DNA of 64,000 bases from Lytechinus pictus (GCF_037042905.1 NC_087246.1:7378001-7442000); one strand, 5' to 3'. Positions 1 through 19,200 are shown, counted from the stretch's first letter. A program made the numbers and translations. The notes: a model not told the origin generated them from the sequence alone.

Positions 1-586
1 GGAAAAAGCTTGGGAAAAAACATACCCTAAACACGTTTGGCTAGTCTAAAAAAAAAAAACCAAAACCCTAAATAGGTTTGACCCAGCGTTTGACCATTGA
101 CCAGTCTTTTAAAACCACCCTTTTTATTAAAATCACTGTTTTTTTTACCCTTAACGAGTGCGCGCAAGGCCCGCGTCCAAAACTGAAAAAACACCCCTTT
201 AAACATGTTTTTTGGTCATGCATGTGTACAGCAATATATTTGACTGGCCACCCCCCCCCCCCTGGGCCTAGTTGTTGATCTGCTCTGAGATCACATGTCA
301 ACAAAATGAGTAATGCTAGTCTCTCCATGCCGACCGATAGTAAAGTGGCAGTCAGCAATCTTTGAGTGTAATTACACTCGAATCTACACTCAAGCCCAGA
401 CAATAGAGTGAACAAGCCAGAACAATAGCAGAACAATGAATTCACTGGACCATTTCTTTTGTTCTGCCTCGAGTGTAAAATGGAGTGTAATCTATGCTTG
501 TAAGTAATAGCTTTGATCAGCCTTGAATCGGTTCCACTGGTGTAACTGTGGCATGAAACATTGAAAAATTACCAAATAACCGATCA

Positions 587-6082
<5,496 letters not shown>

Positions 6083-6167
6083 TTTTTCTAGACCAATTAT
6101 TCTCCGAGATCAGACGCAGATGGCGCGCACATGTCGCTGGTCGCTGGCTTTGCTTTTCTAACGTTAG
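6083..6167. promoter_or_regulatory. Very compact bidirectional promoter region for NDUFS8/GTF2H3, including the probable GTF2H3 exon 1 (donor AG|GTGAGT after 6167)
   Basis: CpG-rich patch between the NDUFS8 ATG (6082, minus) and a consensus plus-strand donor at 6168. AGATGGCG at 6118-6125 and AAAATGGCG on the minus strand are YY1/CTCF-like cores. Confidence 0.6.
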
Positions 6168-6407
6168 GTGAGTGTATAAAGTTCTGTAAATGTAACTATG
6201 TAAGTGTGAAAATATGGAATCTTCATATATCTGTCATGGTTTAATGCATTTAATCATTCTTAATTTCGGTAGTAGGGCCGTTAGAATAGGCCTACTTGTA
6301 TTTCGACGTAAATGATTAGTCTAGTCCACCACTCACTCCAGCAAGCGCCACCTCGCCTGTCAAGCCCCTCCAATTAACAAGGCAACAGCTGCAGCACGGT
6401 CACGGCG

Positions 6408-7651
6408 CACAGTGGGCCAGAAGGAGTTGAAAGTGCGCCAAAATTATATTCCGTGTTATATTTTTACTTTAACATGTTGATTTAGGGTAATTTTGGGCGT
6501 AGAATCGACTGAACATAATTTAAATCCGATATGACGTCACTTTGATACCAAACTTTGATTGGCTACTTAAAACCTATCTGTGAAAAGACAAATTACGCTA
6601 AACAATGTGTACTACTACTAGGCCTAGGCCTATAATATATAAACTTTTGTGTTATGTGTAACTTTAAGATTGACCAGAGTGAATGTCGGTTTATGCTTCT
6701 CACTTGCCAAAAAAGTGTGTATGAGATCCTGAAAATAATTTTATGGCATCAAAATGATCATTAGATTAAAAAAATACTTGAAAATATGAAAAATATGAAC
6801 CGTGCTTTATCAAGCGGGTAGACTTGGGTAAAACGCAGAGTATATACACCACGAATGTTTTACTATGAGGCGGTTTTTGGGTGAAATTATTCTACAAGTA
6901 ACTTTTATCTCTGGAAGAGAGGCGGGTGGTAAGTAAAATATGAGTTATCAACCTTCATTTTGTTTACATTATGCCCGGAATTCATGTCATTTTCATGGAA
7001 TAGAAGGGGAATCGTCCTCGCCGTGCAAAAATGAACGGCAATGTACACTCCACACGGTGCGCTGCGATGGCTGCGCGGTATAAAAATACCCGTTTTTTAA
7101 CAGGTTTTGGGGGTGTTGTGTCAAGTAAAATCGGCTCTAACATGAAAACGGGCAAAAACGGGCAGCTAAATTTGGTATCGACTTAAAGCTTAGACATCTG
7201 GCAAAATGATGATGATAGAATTTAAACGGAAATCTACGGAAATCTAAACGTTTCTAATGTAAATGCAAAAAACATGGATTATCAGCCAATTTCGAGGAAT
7301 AATTATCCTATAAACCTCCTGAAATGTGTCTTTTATCTACTTTGAACCCTTTCACATAAAAAAAGAATATATCAGGATTATGTGGGTGCCATTTCAGATT
7401 CCTACATGAAAAGCTTCCTGTGAAATGGCTTGTTTTCCAACTAAGTTGTCATTTACGCGGCATTTCGCTAAATGTCACATTTTACGATTTGAGGTAGGAA
7501 ATTAACATCCTTTATGCAAATTCCCGAATGAAATATTTTGCTGAAGTATTCTTCAAAGTGTTGTCTTTCAGCTGGGCATGACAAAAATGGAAAATCTGAA
7601 ATTGCCCAAAATGACTTTTGGCGCACTTTTGTTTCGCCCCGGCCCTCTGTG
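6408..7651. mobile_element. Non-autonomous Transib-like DNA transposon (1.24 kb) with RSS-like termini
   Basis: Ends CACAGTGGGCC...AAAGTGCGCCAAAA and (reverse complement) CACAGAGGGCC...AAAGTGCGCCAAAA. Perfect 5-bp TSD CGGCG at 6403-6407 and 7652-7656. No transposase ORF. Confidence 0.85.
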
Positions 7652-7683
7652 CGGCGAGGGGTCGGGTTGCACTCCCGGCCCGG

Positions 7684-10600
7684 TATACCGGCGGATCCTG
7701 CGCCTGGCAGATACTGTTCTAGGCACCAATGGCAATGCAAATCCGCCGGCGGATCGTGTTCTACTCCGGCGGATTCAGTATACCCAGTTGTTGTGTGTCC
7801 GGACAGGTTGTGTGTCCGGACGATCAATTTTAGAAAGTCATTTGGAAAAATTTACAAGCGAATTTTCATCAATTTTTAGTACAAAATGTTAGGAAATATA
7901 GAGAGCAAATATTAGAAGATGGAATAAAACTAATGAATCTATAAAGACTATATATAATGAATCTATAAAGACTATATATTAGTGTAATTCAAAGATGAAA
8001 AAGAAGGCTTAAAAAATATAATTATAAACTAAATAGTAAATTAAAATGAGTATAATAAAGTGTCCGGTAGGCTTGGCCTTGGGCGGTTCCCACCTTTCCC
8101 AGAAGAACCGACTCCGGCTCTGACCCATCACCCAAGGCTTCGGTTCCGAGAGGAGTCGACTCCACAATCACTTAACACACTAGTGAATTATGAGATACAT
8201 GCAGAGCTCTTTTCATGTCCATAAAGACAAAGTGAATGGAGCTACTGTGTGCAAGCAAGGAGATAGTGATATCTCCTTGGTGCAAGCAAGATATCCCCTC
8301 TCACTCTCTCTCCCTCCCTCTTTCTATATATAGCCTACTCCTCTCTCTCTTCTCTTTTTCAAACCAAACTTTTGGGTTTCTTGTTTGTTCTTGAAACCTT
8401 GAAAGTGATCTCGAGGGGGCAATTATGTGGTCAGTAGATAAGAGAAGCCAGACATGTTCTGTTTGGATTAGTCTGCTTGCACAGCCCCTATATGACACTA
8501 ATAGGTCTAGAGAGCCATGGTCTGGCACAACTACACACTAAACTAACTTGTATATTAGATTTCCATAAAATGATTTTAGCTTGCAATTGTAAACTAAGTC
8601 GGGAATTCCCTTCAGCAGGGCATTTATGTGCTGTTGTAAAACAGAATCGGTTCTCTTGTAGGGTGGATCCCTCGGGCTCGAGTAATGGGCCTTGAAAGAA
8701 TGGGGGTCGACTCCTCGACTCTGGTGACAAGAATCGGGTAGACTCGATTACTCGGCTCTGATGCCCAAGCCTAGTGTCCGGACACCCGACCCCCATCCTA
8801 CCACTTTCTTCGGAAGATATCGTTCTTGCGCTATCGCGATATCCTTCATTCACATACGTCACATGAAAACTTGTCAAAAGCGGTAGATTTCATCAATCAA
8901 AGCTTGCAGAAAAAGATATTTATGTTAATGTTATCTCTATGTGATAGGAGAGAAAAAATTAAATGTGTAATCTGAAAATAACCCATTTTCTATAGAATTG
9001 CACCACTTCTAACACTACATGATGATGTTGTCACGGTCTCGGTGCGAGGCCGGTGAAAGCATTTACAAGAAAGTATATTTTTGAGGCAAAATATTCAGCT
9101 GTATGCGATGACTGCATAAAACTTGCATTTCTGTTTTTAGTTTAATAGCTTTTGATTTGTCAATTAAATTTTGGGGTCTGGTTTTGGTCTTTAAATAGTC
9201 CACATTTAGTCTTCATTCAACTGTCAATGTCTGCTGCACTACTAGTAGTATAAGAATTTACCCCAAGATATGATAATAATGCTTGTAATCGAATAACATG
9301 CATTTGTTAATTTATTTTATACCTATTAATTTATTGCAGTATGAAAAATCCTTATCACAATTTTAGGGATAAATTGGGCACAATATGCATCAATTAATAT
9401 GATTAATACAGAGTATTAAATAAAGGTAAACAATGGCAGTTTCGATAATTAAAATCAGTATTTTGTAATAAGCTTTCTAAAGGGAAGTATAAATAATGAT
9501 CACTGCAAATGAAATTCTTGATTTACGAAATTCCAATGTATTACTATTATTTCCTCCACATTTTCTCGTATATTTTTCTATTTTCTCTCCCTCCCCTTCC
9601 TCTTCTATTTCTCCTTTGTGGTGCTATATTACCCCCGCTTATACGCCCCAGATATATTCATAATATGCCACAAAGGTTACGGAACTGGAAAAGAGGCAAA
9701 AGGGGGCGAAATGAGCAGGGACAGAAAGAAAGGCAAAAAAATAAAGAAATGAAAACCAGGAGGGGGTATAGTGAGAAACAAAAGATAAAGGAGAAATTAT
9801 ATTTCACTGTCTTAAGATCCCATATTGATCTTAAAATTAGATGACTGAGAGGTAAATTAGGGAGCACCAAACAGTTCGTGGCGTATCCAACTTTTGTAAT
9901 GTGAACTTCCGGTCCCCTTTAATTAATTCATTAAAACATTGAAAAAAAAAAGGAATATTTTTTTTAAATACATGAAAAATTAAAAATAGGCTTACCTTAC
10001 AATAAACTACATAAGAAATTGATCACATTTTGACATTCTGTTTTTTATGTTTGTTAGAAATATCAAATTTATGTTTTCACCAAAAATTAGCATTCTACAA
10101 GCAATAATATGAGCTAACAGCAAAACATATTTTCATACACTAATTTGCATCATTTATTTTGAAATATGAAGATTTAACTTGTTGAAATTTGTAGTTTCAA
10201 AAACCTATAGGCCTATATAGTAGAGCGGATAAGCCGAACAATAGTGAAAATTATGACTAAAGCATGAAACTTTCACGAGTATTAGTATATGCCGTAAAGA
10301 TTTATTTTAAAGATGGGAGGTAAATTTATAAATGCCATTTTCGGCCGTTGCCATGGTAACAGATTAATTTCTCCAAAATAACATACATTCTCATGTAAAT
10401 GGTAAATAAACATGATATAGATGACCAAAATTAACATTTTCAGGCTCCCAGTTGAGTACATATGAAATTTAGAAATATTCAAGATCACCAAGGTAGTTCT
10501 AATTGGTCTGTTGCCATAGAAACGGCTTGTTTTTCCCCAGAAAAATATTTGATTAATAAAACGTAGAATATGATTTATCTTTAATATCACCTAATTTTAC

Positions 10601-11005
10601 AGTGCTAAACAAAGATATTTTGGTTGCTAAATGTATAAATTCCATTTCAAGCTATTGCCATGGCAACCAAATAACTTCTAATTTACAACAAAAAAAATGG
10701 TTGACAAGACAATGGACAGGTGGAAAATACAATTGGAATTGACTTAATATGTATGCTTAAGTTTTGACCCACTCATTTGAACAAAAAATACAGAGTGTTC
10801 TGCAGGAGGTTCCGAGGTTGTCTGTCCAAATCAATAGTAAACGTATAGTCAATAGAACCAAATCCGCGGAGGAACCAAATCTGCAAACATCAAGCCACGT
10901 CAAACCCGGCGGATATGGTTCCGATTTAAACACGATATCGGCCATTTAGAACGATATCTGCCGGCGGATACGGTATCTGCCGGTGGAACCAAATCCGCCG
11001 CTACA
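7684..11005. mobile_element. Possible Ginger-like non-autonomous element (3.3 kb including nested insertions)
   Basis: Flanked by CCGG on both sides. Ends TATACCGGCGGAT and (rc) TGTAGCGGCGGAT, with shared subterminal GGCAGATA..GTTCTA and CCGGCGGAT motifs. Confidence 0.5.
8068..8773. mobile_element. hAT-type MITE nested in the 7684-11005 element
   Basis: TIR TAGGCTTGG(C/G)C, 8-bp TSD GTGTCCGG at 8060-8067 and 8774-8781, and subterminal GACTC/GAGTC repeats. Confidence 0.8.
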
Positions 11006-11994
11006 CCGGCCGTACCGGTAGTACCCCGCCTGTAACCGGCCCCGTCATGATGTGCTGGGGTGGTATTCTGGGCCCCGGCCCGTTTCTCAACACTGGAACA
11101 AGTTAATCATATCTTTATCCACCAACCACCAGTAGAGGTGCCGGTCCAAAAATTGGGATTGTCCCAGAAAACATGGATTTGATCTAGACCAAAAGCTTTG
11201 GACTCTCTTTTATTGGTTGTTCCGCTGAACTCTGTTGGCCCCACGTGTCTTAGCCAGGAGGCTTCTAGAGTAAAATCATTTACTAACGTATGCTTACCCT
11301 CCACGAAGCCAGGGATTCTATTTCATTCATCTACACATACCGCCAAAAAACCTAAAACTTTCGCCCCCGAGATTTCTACTTCTAAAATATCTAGCCCTAA
11401 ATCCTGTAGTGTAAATGGGATACAACTTCATTTCCGACATTTCTACTCTATCGATTTCATTTTTAAACAAGAATTCATAAAAAAAATGAGAAAAATAATA
11501 TGAAAAGTCATGATTAAGGTCAAAGGTCACTTAGGGTCGATGAACTTTGGCCATGTTTTTTTTAATAGAAATTGTCATAACTAGGTAGGACAACAATAAA
11601 AGCGAAACAGCATTTCTACTAAAAAGCATTACCTTAATATATTCTTTATTAGCATTATTGTCAAAGACATTGCTCAAAACTTACCACAAAATTTCCTAAA
11701 TAGTGAAAAATAAGGCTTAAATGCTCCATAAATGTGTCTGGAAATGCATACAGCATTTTGGCCCATCCCCATAGGCTGTACTGTGTGGGCTAGTGGCTGA
11801 AAATAGGCATTTTGAAGTCTTAATGCTGACCTAGACTTTTTGAGCCTCTGAGCTGCCATGGAAACATGTCACATTGATTTATACATTTAACTACATTGTG
11901 CGCTCAAAATATAGAAAGAAAATTTGAGGCAAATTCACCCATTGACATTTTGGACACATGTCTACAGCACTTATCTGGTGCCATTGTCCACCCT

Positions 11995-12918
11995 ATAATA
12001 ACTTTGAAATTTTATGGATCTAGTTCAGGAAACTTGGACATAAGAGCAATCAAGTATCCTTGAACATCCTGTGCGAGTTTCAGGTCACATGACCAAGGTC
12101 AAAGATCATTTAGGGTAAATAAACTTTGGTAATGTTGGGGGTATTTGTGGAAAATAAAAGTTTATGATAAAACTTGGACATAAGAGCAACCATGTATCCC
12201 TGAATATCATGTGCGAGTTTCAGGTCACATAACCAAGGTCAGAGATCATTTAGGGTCAACAAACTTTAGCCATGTTGGGGGTATTTGAGGAATTGTCATC
12301 ATAACTTTGAAATTTTATGGATCTAGTTCAGAAAACTTGGACATAAGAGCAATCAAGTTTCCTTGAACATCCTGTGCGAGTTTCAGGTCACATGACCAAG
12401 GTCAAAGCCCTAAGGTCATTTCGGGTTAATAAACATTGGAAATGTTGGGGGTATTTGTGGAATTGTCATCATAAAAAAGTTTATGGATCTAGTTCATGAA
12501 ACCTGGACATACAGCAGCATAAGAGCAGCAATGTATCCCTGAATACCCTGTGCACGTTTCAGGAACATGGGCAAGATCAAAGGTCATTTAAAGGTTAATG
12601 AACTATGGCCGTGTTGGGAGTAGGCCTATATGTTAAATTGGCATCGTAACTTAGAAACTTTAGAAAGTTTATGGATCTAGCTCATGAAACATCGACATAA
12701 GGGTAATCAAGTATGAATGATTGTTTTGCACATGTCCTAGGTCACATGATCATGGTCGAAGGTCATTTTGGGTCAATGGACATAATATTTTATTATCATA
12801 TTAGTGTTTTATTCTGTGAATAATTATTCATTACATGTAGCTGTTTTCAAAGGCAGCACTACTGCTACATTGAATTGCATAATGCGGGCGAGACTACCAG
12901 AGGCATTCCACTTGTTTT
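11995..12918 (+). repeat. About 140-170-bp tandem repeat (about 5 units) in a probable Helentron/HINE-type element; a further partial unit lies at about 11505-11580
   Basis: Recurrent GGATCTAGTTCA..AAACTTGGACATAAGAGC...CAGGTCACATGACCAAGGTCAAAG. The array ends in GGCGAGAC...CCACTTGT-TTT. Confidence 0.65.
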
Positions 12919-13247
12919 TCACTTACCGGTACCTCTGCAGCCTGCGGGACAGAGTCTAACGTTAGATGGCAATTACAGGGATATAGCATGCTAAAAATAG
13001 ATTCAGTGACCTCAATTCCCCCAGTCCACTGTCTATTTTTCTTCCAATAAACTTGTTATGAAGCCTGATGTGTTTACATTTACTAGCTCATGCACTCGAT
13101 TGATGTCAGCACTTGACAGGTGAATGAATTTTCCTAGATTTCTTGAAAGTCCAAAGTCCATTATTCTTGTTAAATTACCTGTGCGACCTCGGCTGACTCT
13201 AGATTGAATTTTTTACTCAATAATAGGTCTGTTTTACCAGTTAAAAG

Positions 13248-16200
13248 ATGTCTTCTACAGACGAGGAAGATGTGGGAAATCTGGTTGTCATAGTGATTGA
13301 TGTCAATCCAGTTTGGTGGGGGAAAAGGAGCCATCATAAACAACAGGTAAGTTGTTAGCAGGAACAATGATATTCTGGTTTAAACTTTTAAGATGGCAAG
13401 TTATCATCCAAGCAATAGAAACTCAGAACATTTTGCGGAATAGAGAACCAACCTCAATTTCCCTAATTTCTGAACGTATCAGACTACTATACCTCGGTCA
13501 CATTTGCTCTACGGCGAGTCGAAAATAGCCGTTTTATTCATTTTAATTCAAACCACCTATATTTAGCTGGTATAAAAAATGTTAAAACGGCTGATTTCGA
13601 CTCGCAGTACGGCCGCCATAGAGCAAATATGACCAAGGTATTACTGGTACCTTTGATCGTTGGAGAAATAAAATCATAACAATAATATATAGTATTCGTA
13701 TGGACTCATGTTTTAGGGGAATCTAGTACATGTATAGTACAGTTAATTAATAAATATAAGAAGCCCTATGTCTTTTAATGGAGAAAAATTAGTCTTGTCT
13801 TCCCAAAAAAAGTAAATGCTTATTTTTTGGGGACGTGACATTAAGATTTAATGTGTAATTTGTTGCAATTTTTTATAAGGAATTCTATAATGAAACAATT
13901 CCTCCCTGTTTCTTTGTAAAGTTAAGCCAATAAATGTTATAATATCTATGATTGTTTGCACATGAAATGAATGTATTTATTGTTTTCTTCTGACAAATAC
14001 ATATTTTAAGCTCAGCAGTGTAGTTAGTGTAGGCATCGGATCATTCATTCCTTTTTAATTCTTTTCTCATTGCAGAAATAGCAATTAATTGAGTCTTATT
14101 TTCCCCTTCATTGATGATTTGTGATTAGTGAGTGTATCTACTGAAATATAGTTATCATTTATTTATTTGGGGATCATTGAGTTTATTTTATTTGTTAACT
14201 TCCCTTAGATTTATGTGAGAGAAAGATGGTTAAAGGTCAAGTCCACCTCAGAAAAATGTTGATTTGAATCAATAGACAAAAATCAGACAAGCACAATGCT
14301 GAAAATCTTATAAAAAATGGATGTGAAAGAAGAAAGTTATGACATTTCAAAGTTTCGCTTATTTTTAACAAAATAGTTATATGAACGAGCCAGTTACATC
14401 CAAATGAGAGAGTCGATGATGTCATTCACTCACTATTTCTTTTGTTTTTTATTGTTTGAATTATACAATATTTCAATTTTTACAAATTTCATGATTAGGA
14501 CCTCCTTGCCTGAAGCACAAAATGTTAAAATAATGGAATTCCATGTGTTCAGGGAGGAATGAAACTTAATTTCACATAACAATGACGAGAAAATCAAAAT
14601 ATTTCATATTTCATATAATAAAATACAAAAGAAATAGTGAGTGAGTGATGTCATCAGTTCCCTCATTTGCATACCGACCGAGATGTGCATATAACTGCTT
14701 TGTGAAATGAAGCGAAACTTTAAAATGTCATAACTTTCTTATTTTACATCCGATTTTGATGAAATTTTCAGTGTTATGCTTGTTGAATTCTTCTCTTTTT
14801 ATTCAAATCAAGTTTTTGTTGGGGTGGACTTGTCCTTTAAGTATTGAGTTCATGTAGGATTATTGAGTCTGTTGCTCCATTTCATTTGTTTTCTTCTGAC
14901 AGAAAGATGTTTTAGCAATAAGCCAGTGCATGGATTCTGTGATGGTGTTTGTCAATTCACATCTTATGATGGATAGACGCAACAAAGTAGCCCTCATTGC
15001 AAGTCACACTAATGAAAGGTAACCAATCAATTTGAACAGTAAGCTTGTTAAGCGGACAGATACCTTTGGCCATGTTTGTATGCCATGTTCCCCCTTGATT
15101 TTTCTTATTTTTATAATGCTGATATTGGATCCATTAGATTCGATTAAAGGAAAACAACTTAGAAATGAAACTATCCATTCTTCAGATGTGAGATATATAT
15201 TTTGAACTGATGCATTAAGGTATTCAATGCATTATTTTGATTTCATTCTTAGGTACTGTCTCATAATGCTGTTTGTAAGCTGTTCTGCATGACAGGTGGA
15301 ACTTTCTTGTATTCTATGAGATTGATATACCTAAGTTTTGACTGTTTTACCATAATAGTGGCAATGAATATCCTCGGGAATAAAACTAGGAAAATGTTTG
15401 ATTTCCAATCAGATGCCTGTTAAAATGGGAATGATAAACTATACAAAGATTTAAAGTGCAGATAATGGGAATGAAAATAATTGAGAATCTTGCATGTATT
15501 TAACACCAAAGAAAGGGTCACCAGTTGTGCATGAAGTATTGCATTAATTACCAATAATTACCTATAATGAACAGCTTGGTGAAACCTCAGCCATACCCAC
15601 TAGGAGAATCATCTTTAACTATGCCGTTTATAGAGCACCTCTGAGTTATATCAAAGGCTGTTACATTCTCTGTAATTAATCGAACATTTATCTTACCATG
15701 TTCTAGCTAGATATCATATGTAAGGCAAGGCAGTAGATCAAGGATACTTTCAGTTATTGTTTTCTTCTTTTGGCAAATTCTTTACTTATATGCTGAAAAG
15801 CATGTTATTTAATAAGAAAATCAGTGATAGACTATAAATCAGTTAGTTGTGCACTACAAGATCATTTGACTTCAAAATTATAAGTAAGTTTACTTCTATA
15901 GGAATTGTCATGCTTCTTTATCTTATGACTATCCAAGAATTCTGTTCTCGATGTTCTCTTAAAATTGCTGCGTTTCATACCGTTATTCTTATCTACATTG
16001 CATACAAATCTTTAAATAGTTCAGATTAATAATCTTAAACCTTATACCTTACCTTCAGCCGGTTCTTGTACCCAAAGAAGACAAGTGATTTGCTGGACGA
16101 TGTTGATGATCAGAGAGAGCAAGATGAGATGAATTCTGATGGAAAATATGAAGTCTTTGCTTCTATCAATGATGCAGTCATGGAGGAACTTAAGAACTTG

Positions 16201-19200
16201 GTAGATGAAAGTAAGTTAAGAACTCCATTATGACGAGGAAGTTAGGAACATCTCAGTATCATTGACTTGATTTTAACCCTAAATAGACTGAGCTATTTTG
16301 TTTTTTCAATGGATATTGTCGAGGACTTTATTTTGACCATAAACAAGATGAAATTAATTTATTTTAATCAGTAAAAGGAAACATAATGATACATATATGA
16401 ATTTTGGCTAAAAACACTTTGCATTGGATTTGTACACAAATTCACGTTTTTGAGCAGTTTAGAGTCTGCATGCACTTACAAAATGTTGCGTAATTTTGGA
16501 ACCGCATACCTGGGGGTCGCAATTTTGGTCTCAAAAAGTTGGTTTATGCATATTTCCTGTATAAATTATGATTATTTACCGCTTATATAAAAAAATGTCC
16601 AATGCTGATGCGTGCTTTTGTCACAGTGCGCCAGTTGACGCCTGTTGCCATGGTTAAGTACGCTATTTTATTAATGAGTCAACTGTTTTGAATTCATGAG
16701 TCCACTCTTTAAACAGTGGACTCATGAATTTATTCAACCATGGCAACAGGCGTCAATTTGGCGCACTGACAAAAGTGCGCATCAGCATTGGACATTTTTA
16801 AATTATGTTACGTGGTAAATAAACGTAATTATTTATGCAGGAAATCTGCATAAACCATGGGTTCAGCCAATGGTTTTAAACACTACCTTTTTGAGTTCAA
16901 GCCATTATGTTTCCAGGTCGTCAGTTTGTCCAATTGTTTGTACAACTTAAACAATAAGTGTTACATATGTACATTATAAGACAATAAAACAAATTATTAT
17001 AAAACAAAGAACAAAAAGTTAAGCAACAAAAACATTGAAAATTATTACTATTATCATTATTTTTTTAACCCTACCCTAAACTTAACATAAAACCCTATTG
17101 CAACCCTAAATCTTAGACAAACTTAAGCCCTGAGCAATTGTCACAGGACAAAATGCCGTGTCACTGCTGGAGTGACAATGAGCTGATTACTTTGGCGAAT
17201 AGAGATTTTTGATGGTTTTCACAATTTATCAATAATACATTTAATTAAGTTAAGATCCAGCAATGGCTGAGGCATAAATTTTTACTTTCTTTAGCTGAGA
17301 TCCCATGTAGTTTATTTATATATGCAACCCCTTGGGTGGTCATTTTATTTGAATCTGTTCAAACCCATTTTGAGATCGTTACCTACTTTTGTATTTATTT
17401 CACAGTACTCTATTCTGACAGTTGCAGCTGTATTGTAGTCAGTTTTCAGATATTGACAGTATTTACTCATATGTATATTAAAGATGAAAGCATCACCATA
17501 CATTCTTACAGGAATTAATACAATTTATAAAGTGTATATCATATGTTATATAATTTTCTATGCATTCTTTCATGCAAAAATATACTGAATATATTGAAAT
17601 TGTAAAAGGATGAAATTCTAATCAATAATATGATTTGGATGCCTTGTTTTTTTTCCTGAACAGACCCAATGGTATCACATACTGATACCCTTCTGGCTGG
17701 CTCTTTGGCAATGGCACTGTGCTGTATCCTTATTACATGAGTTATGGTTGTAACGTTGAATTTGTATGAAACTTTTTTAAATTAAGTTAGAAAATGTAGT
17801 GCACCTCAGATATAATGTATGTTGTTAGATTTCAAAATTACCAAAATAATAACAAATTTCTTATATATCTGAAGACAAATCATTTGCAGTTGTGCTTTTT
17901 ACAATAATATTCTCCCTTTATAAAAGAAAAAATCCTGAAGCTTGATTTAACCTTCTACACAACAGGAGTTTCCTTTAACAAATATTTAATGACCTTTTTT
18001 ATATCACAAATCTTATATCAGCTGTGATTTACATTGAATTATTATATAGATTTGAATGATCCAATACCTGTCAAAGGTGTATATATCATCTTAAATACCA
18101 TTATGATCTTCCACTGGTGATTTTTTTTTCTTAGTAATGATAATCAATGCAGATATTCACAGAGTTGAAAAGGAATGTTCAGGTAAGGTTTGTTTACATC
18201 ACCAATTACTAATTGTTAGATGTCAATTTTATGGCAGGCCGAGTGACCCAGTAATAGAGCTAAATGTACCATACTTTTGGCCCATTCATTTCCTGCTGCT
18301 TGAAATTCTACCAACATATTTGATTGACGTTTCCATTTTTAAACCCTCTATCTAAACGTATTCCCTTCTACGGTCGTAAAAAAGCTATTAAGGAGTTATT
18401 GCAACTGCAATGCGGATGGTTTCAAGAACACAGTAAATGTATTGATAATGCCAGTAAAACAACAAGGAACAGTCGGGAGATCTTTGCCAAAAGAAAAGAA
18501 AAAAACAAAAACAGCAGCTTCATCCTACATTTTGCAGCTAGAAAAACTGCAAATATGTCGTTTGTCCAGAGTCCAGGGTGGTGTTTCATATTAAAAGCTG
18601 TTCGTAAAGTTACGCACAACTTTACAAACGACTGGAACATGTTCTTATACATAAGTCAGCTACATAGGGATATCATTTACCACAAGAAAGGGTCACCAGT
18701 CGTGCGTAAAGTTGTTCATAACTTACGAACAGCTTTATGAAACGGGCCCCTCAGGACAAAACTGCTGTTTTGATTCACCAATGTGCTTTGCCATGAAAGG
18801 CATTTGACAACAAATTAGCTATGTTCTTAAAACCGTCATGCGTTGTGAATTGAAAACTCCTTATTGTCACATCCACAACGTGTTATGTCATTTCTTTCTT
18901 CCTTTTCTTTGTTTTTTCTAAGTATGATACTAATAATAATATTGATTTATTGGCCCTCTTTTGAAGTAAATCTATTTAAAAGGATCAGGAATTATGCAGA
19001 CATGTATAATTTCAAGCAACAGCTTGTATCTTCAATATGCTACATAGTAAATTTGTAATCGTACTAGACTACTAGTGCAGCCACTCAACCTATTGTAACT
19101 TAAGATGTTTTGCATGCTCATTTTCACTTCTCCAACAATACATTTCATTACTGCACTGATACCTTTATTTCAAAGAGATTCATTTTCCTAATCCAATTTT

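Noticed and set aside
6408-7651. RAG1/Transib transposase gene
   Set aside because: There is no ORF of meaningful length or DDE similarity inside the element; only the ends are informative.
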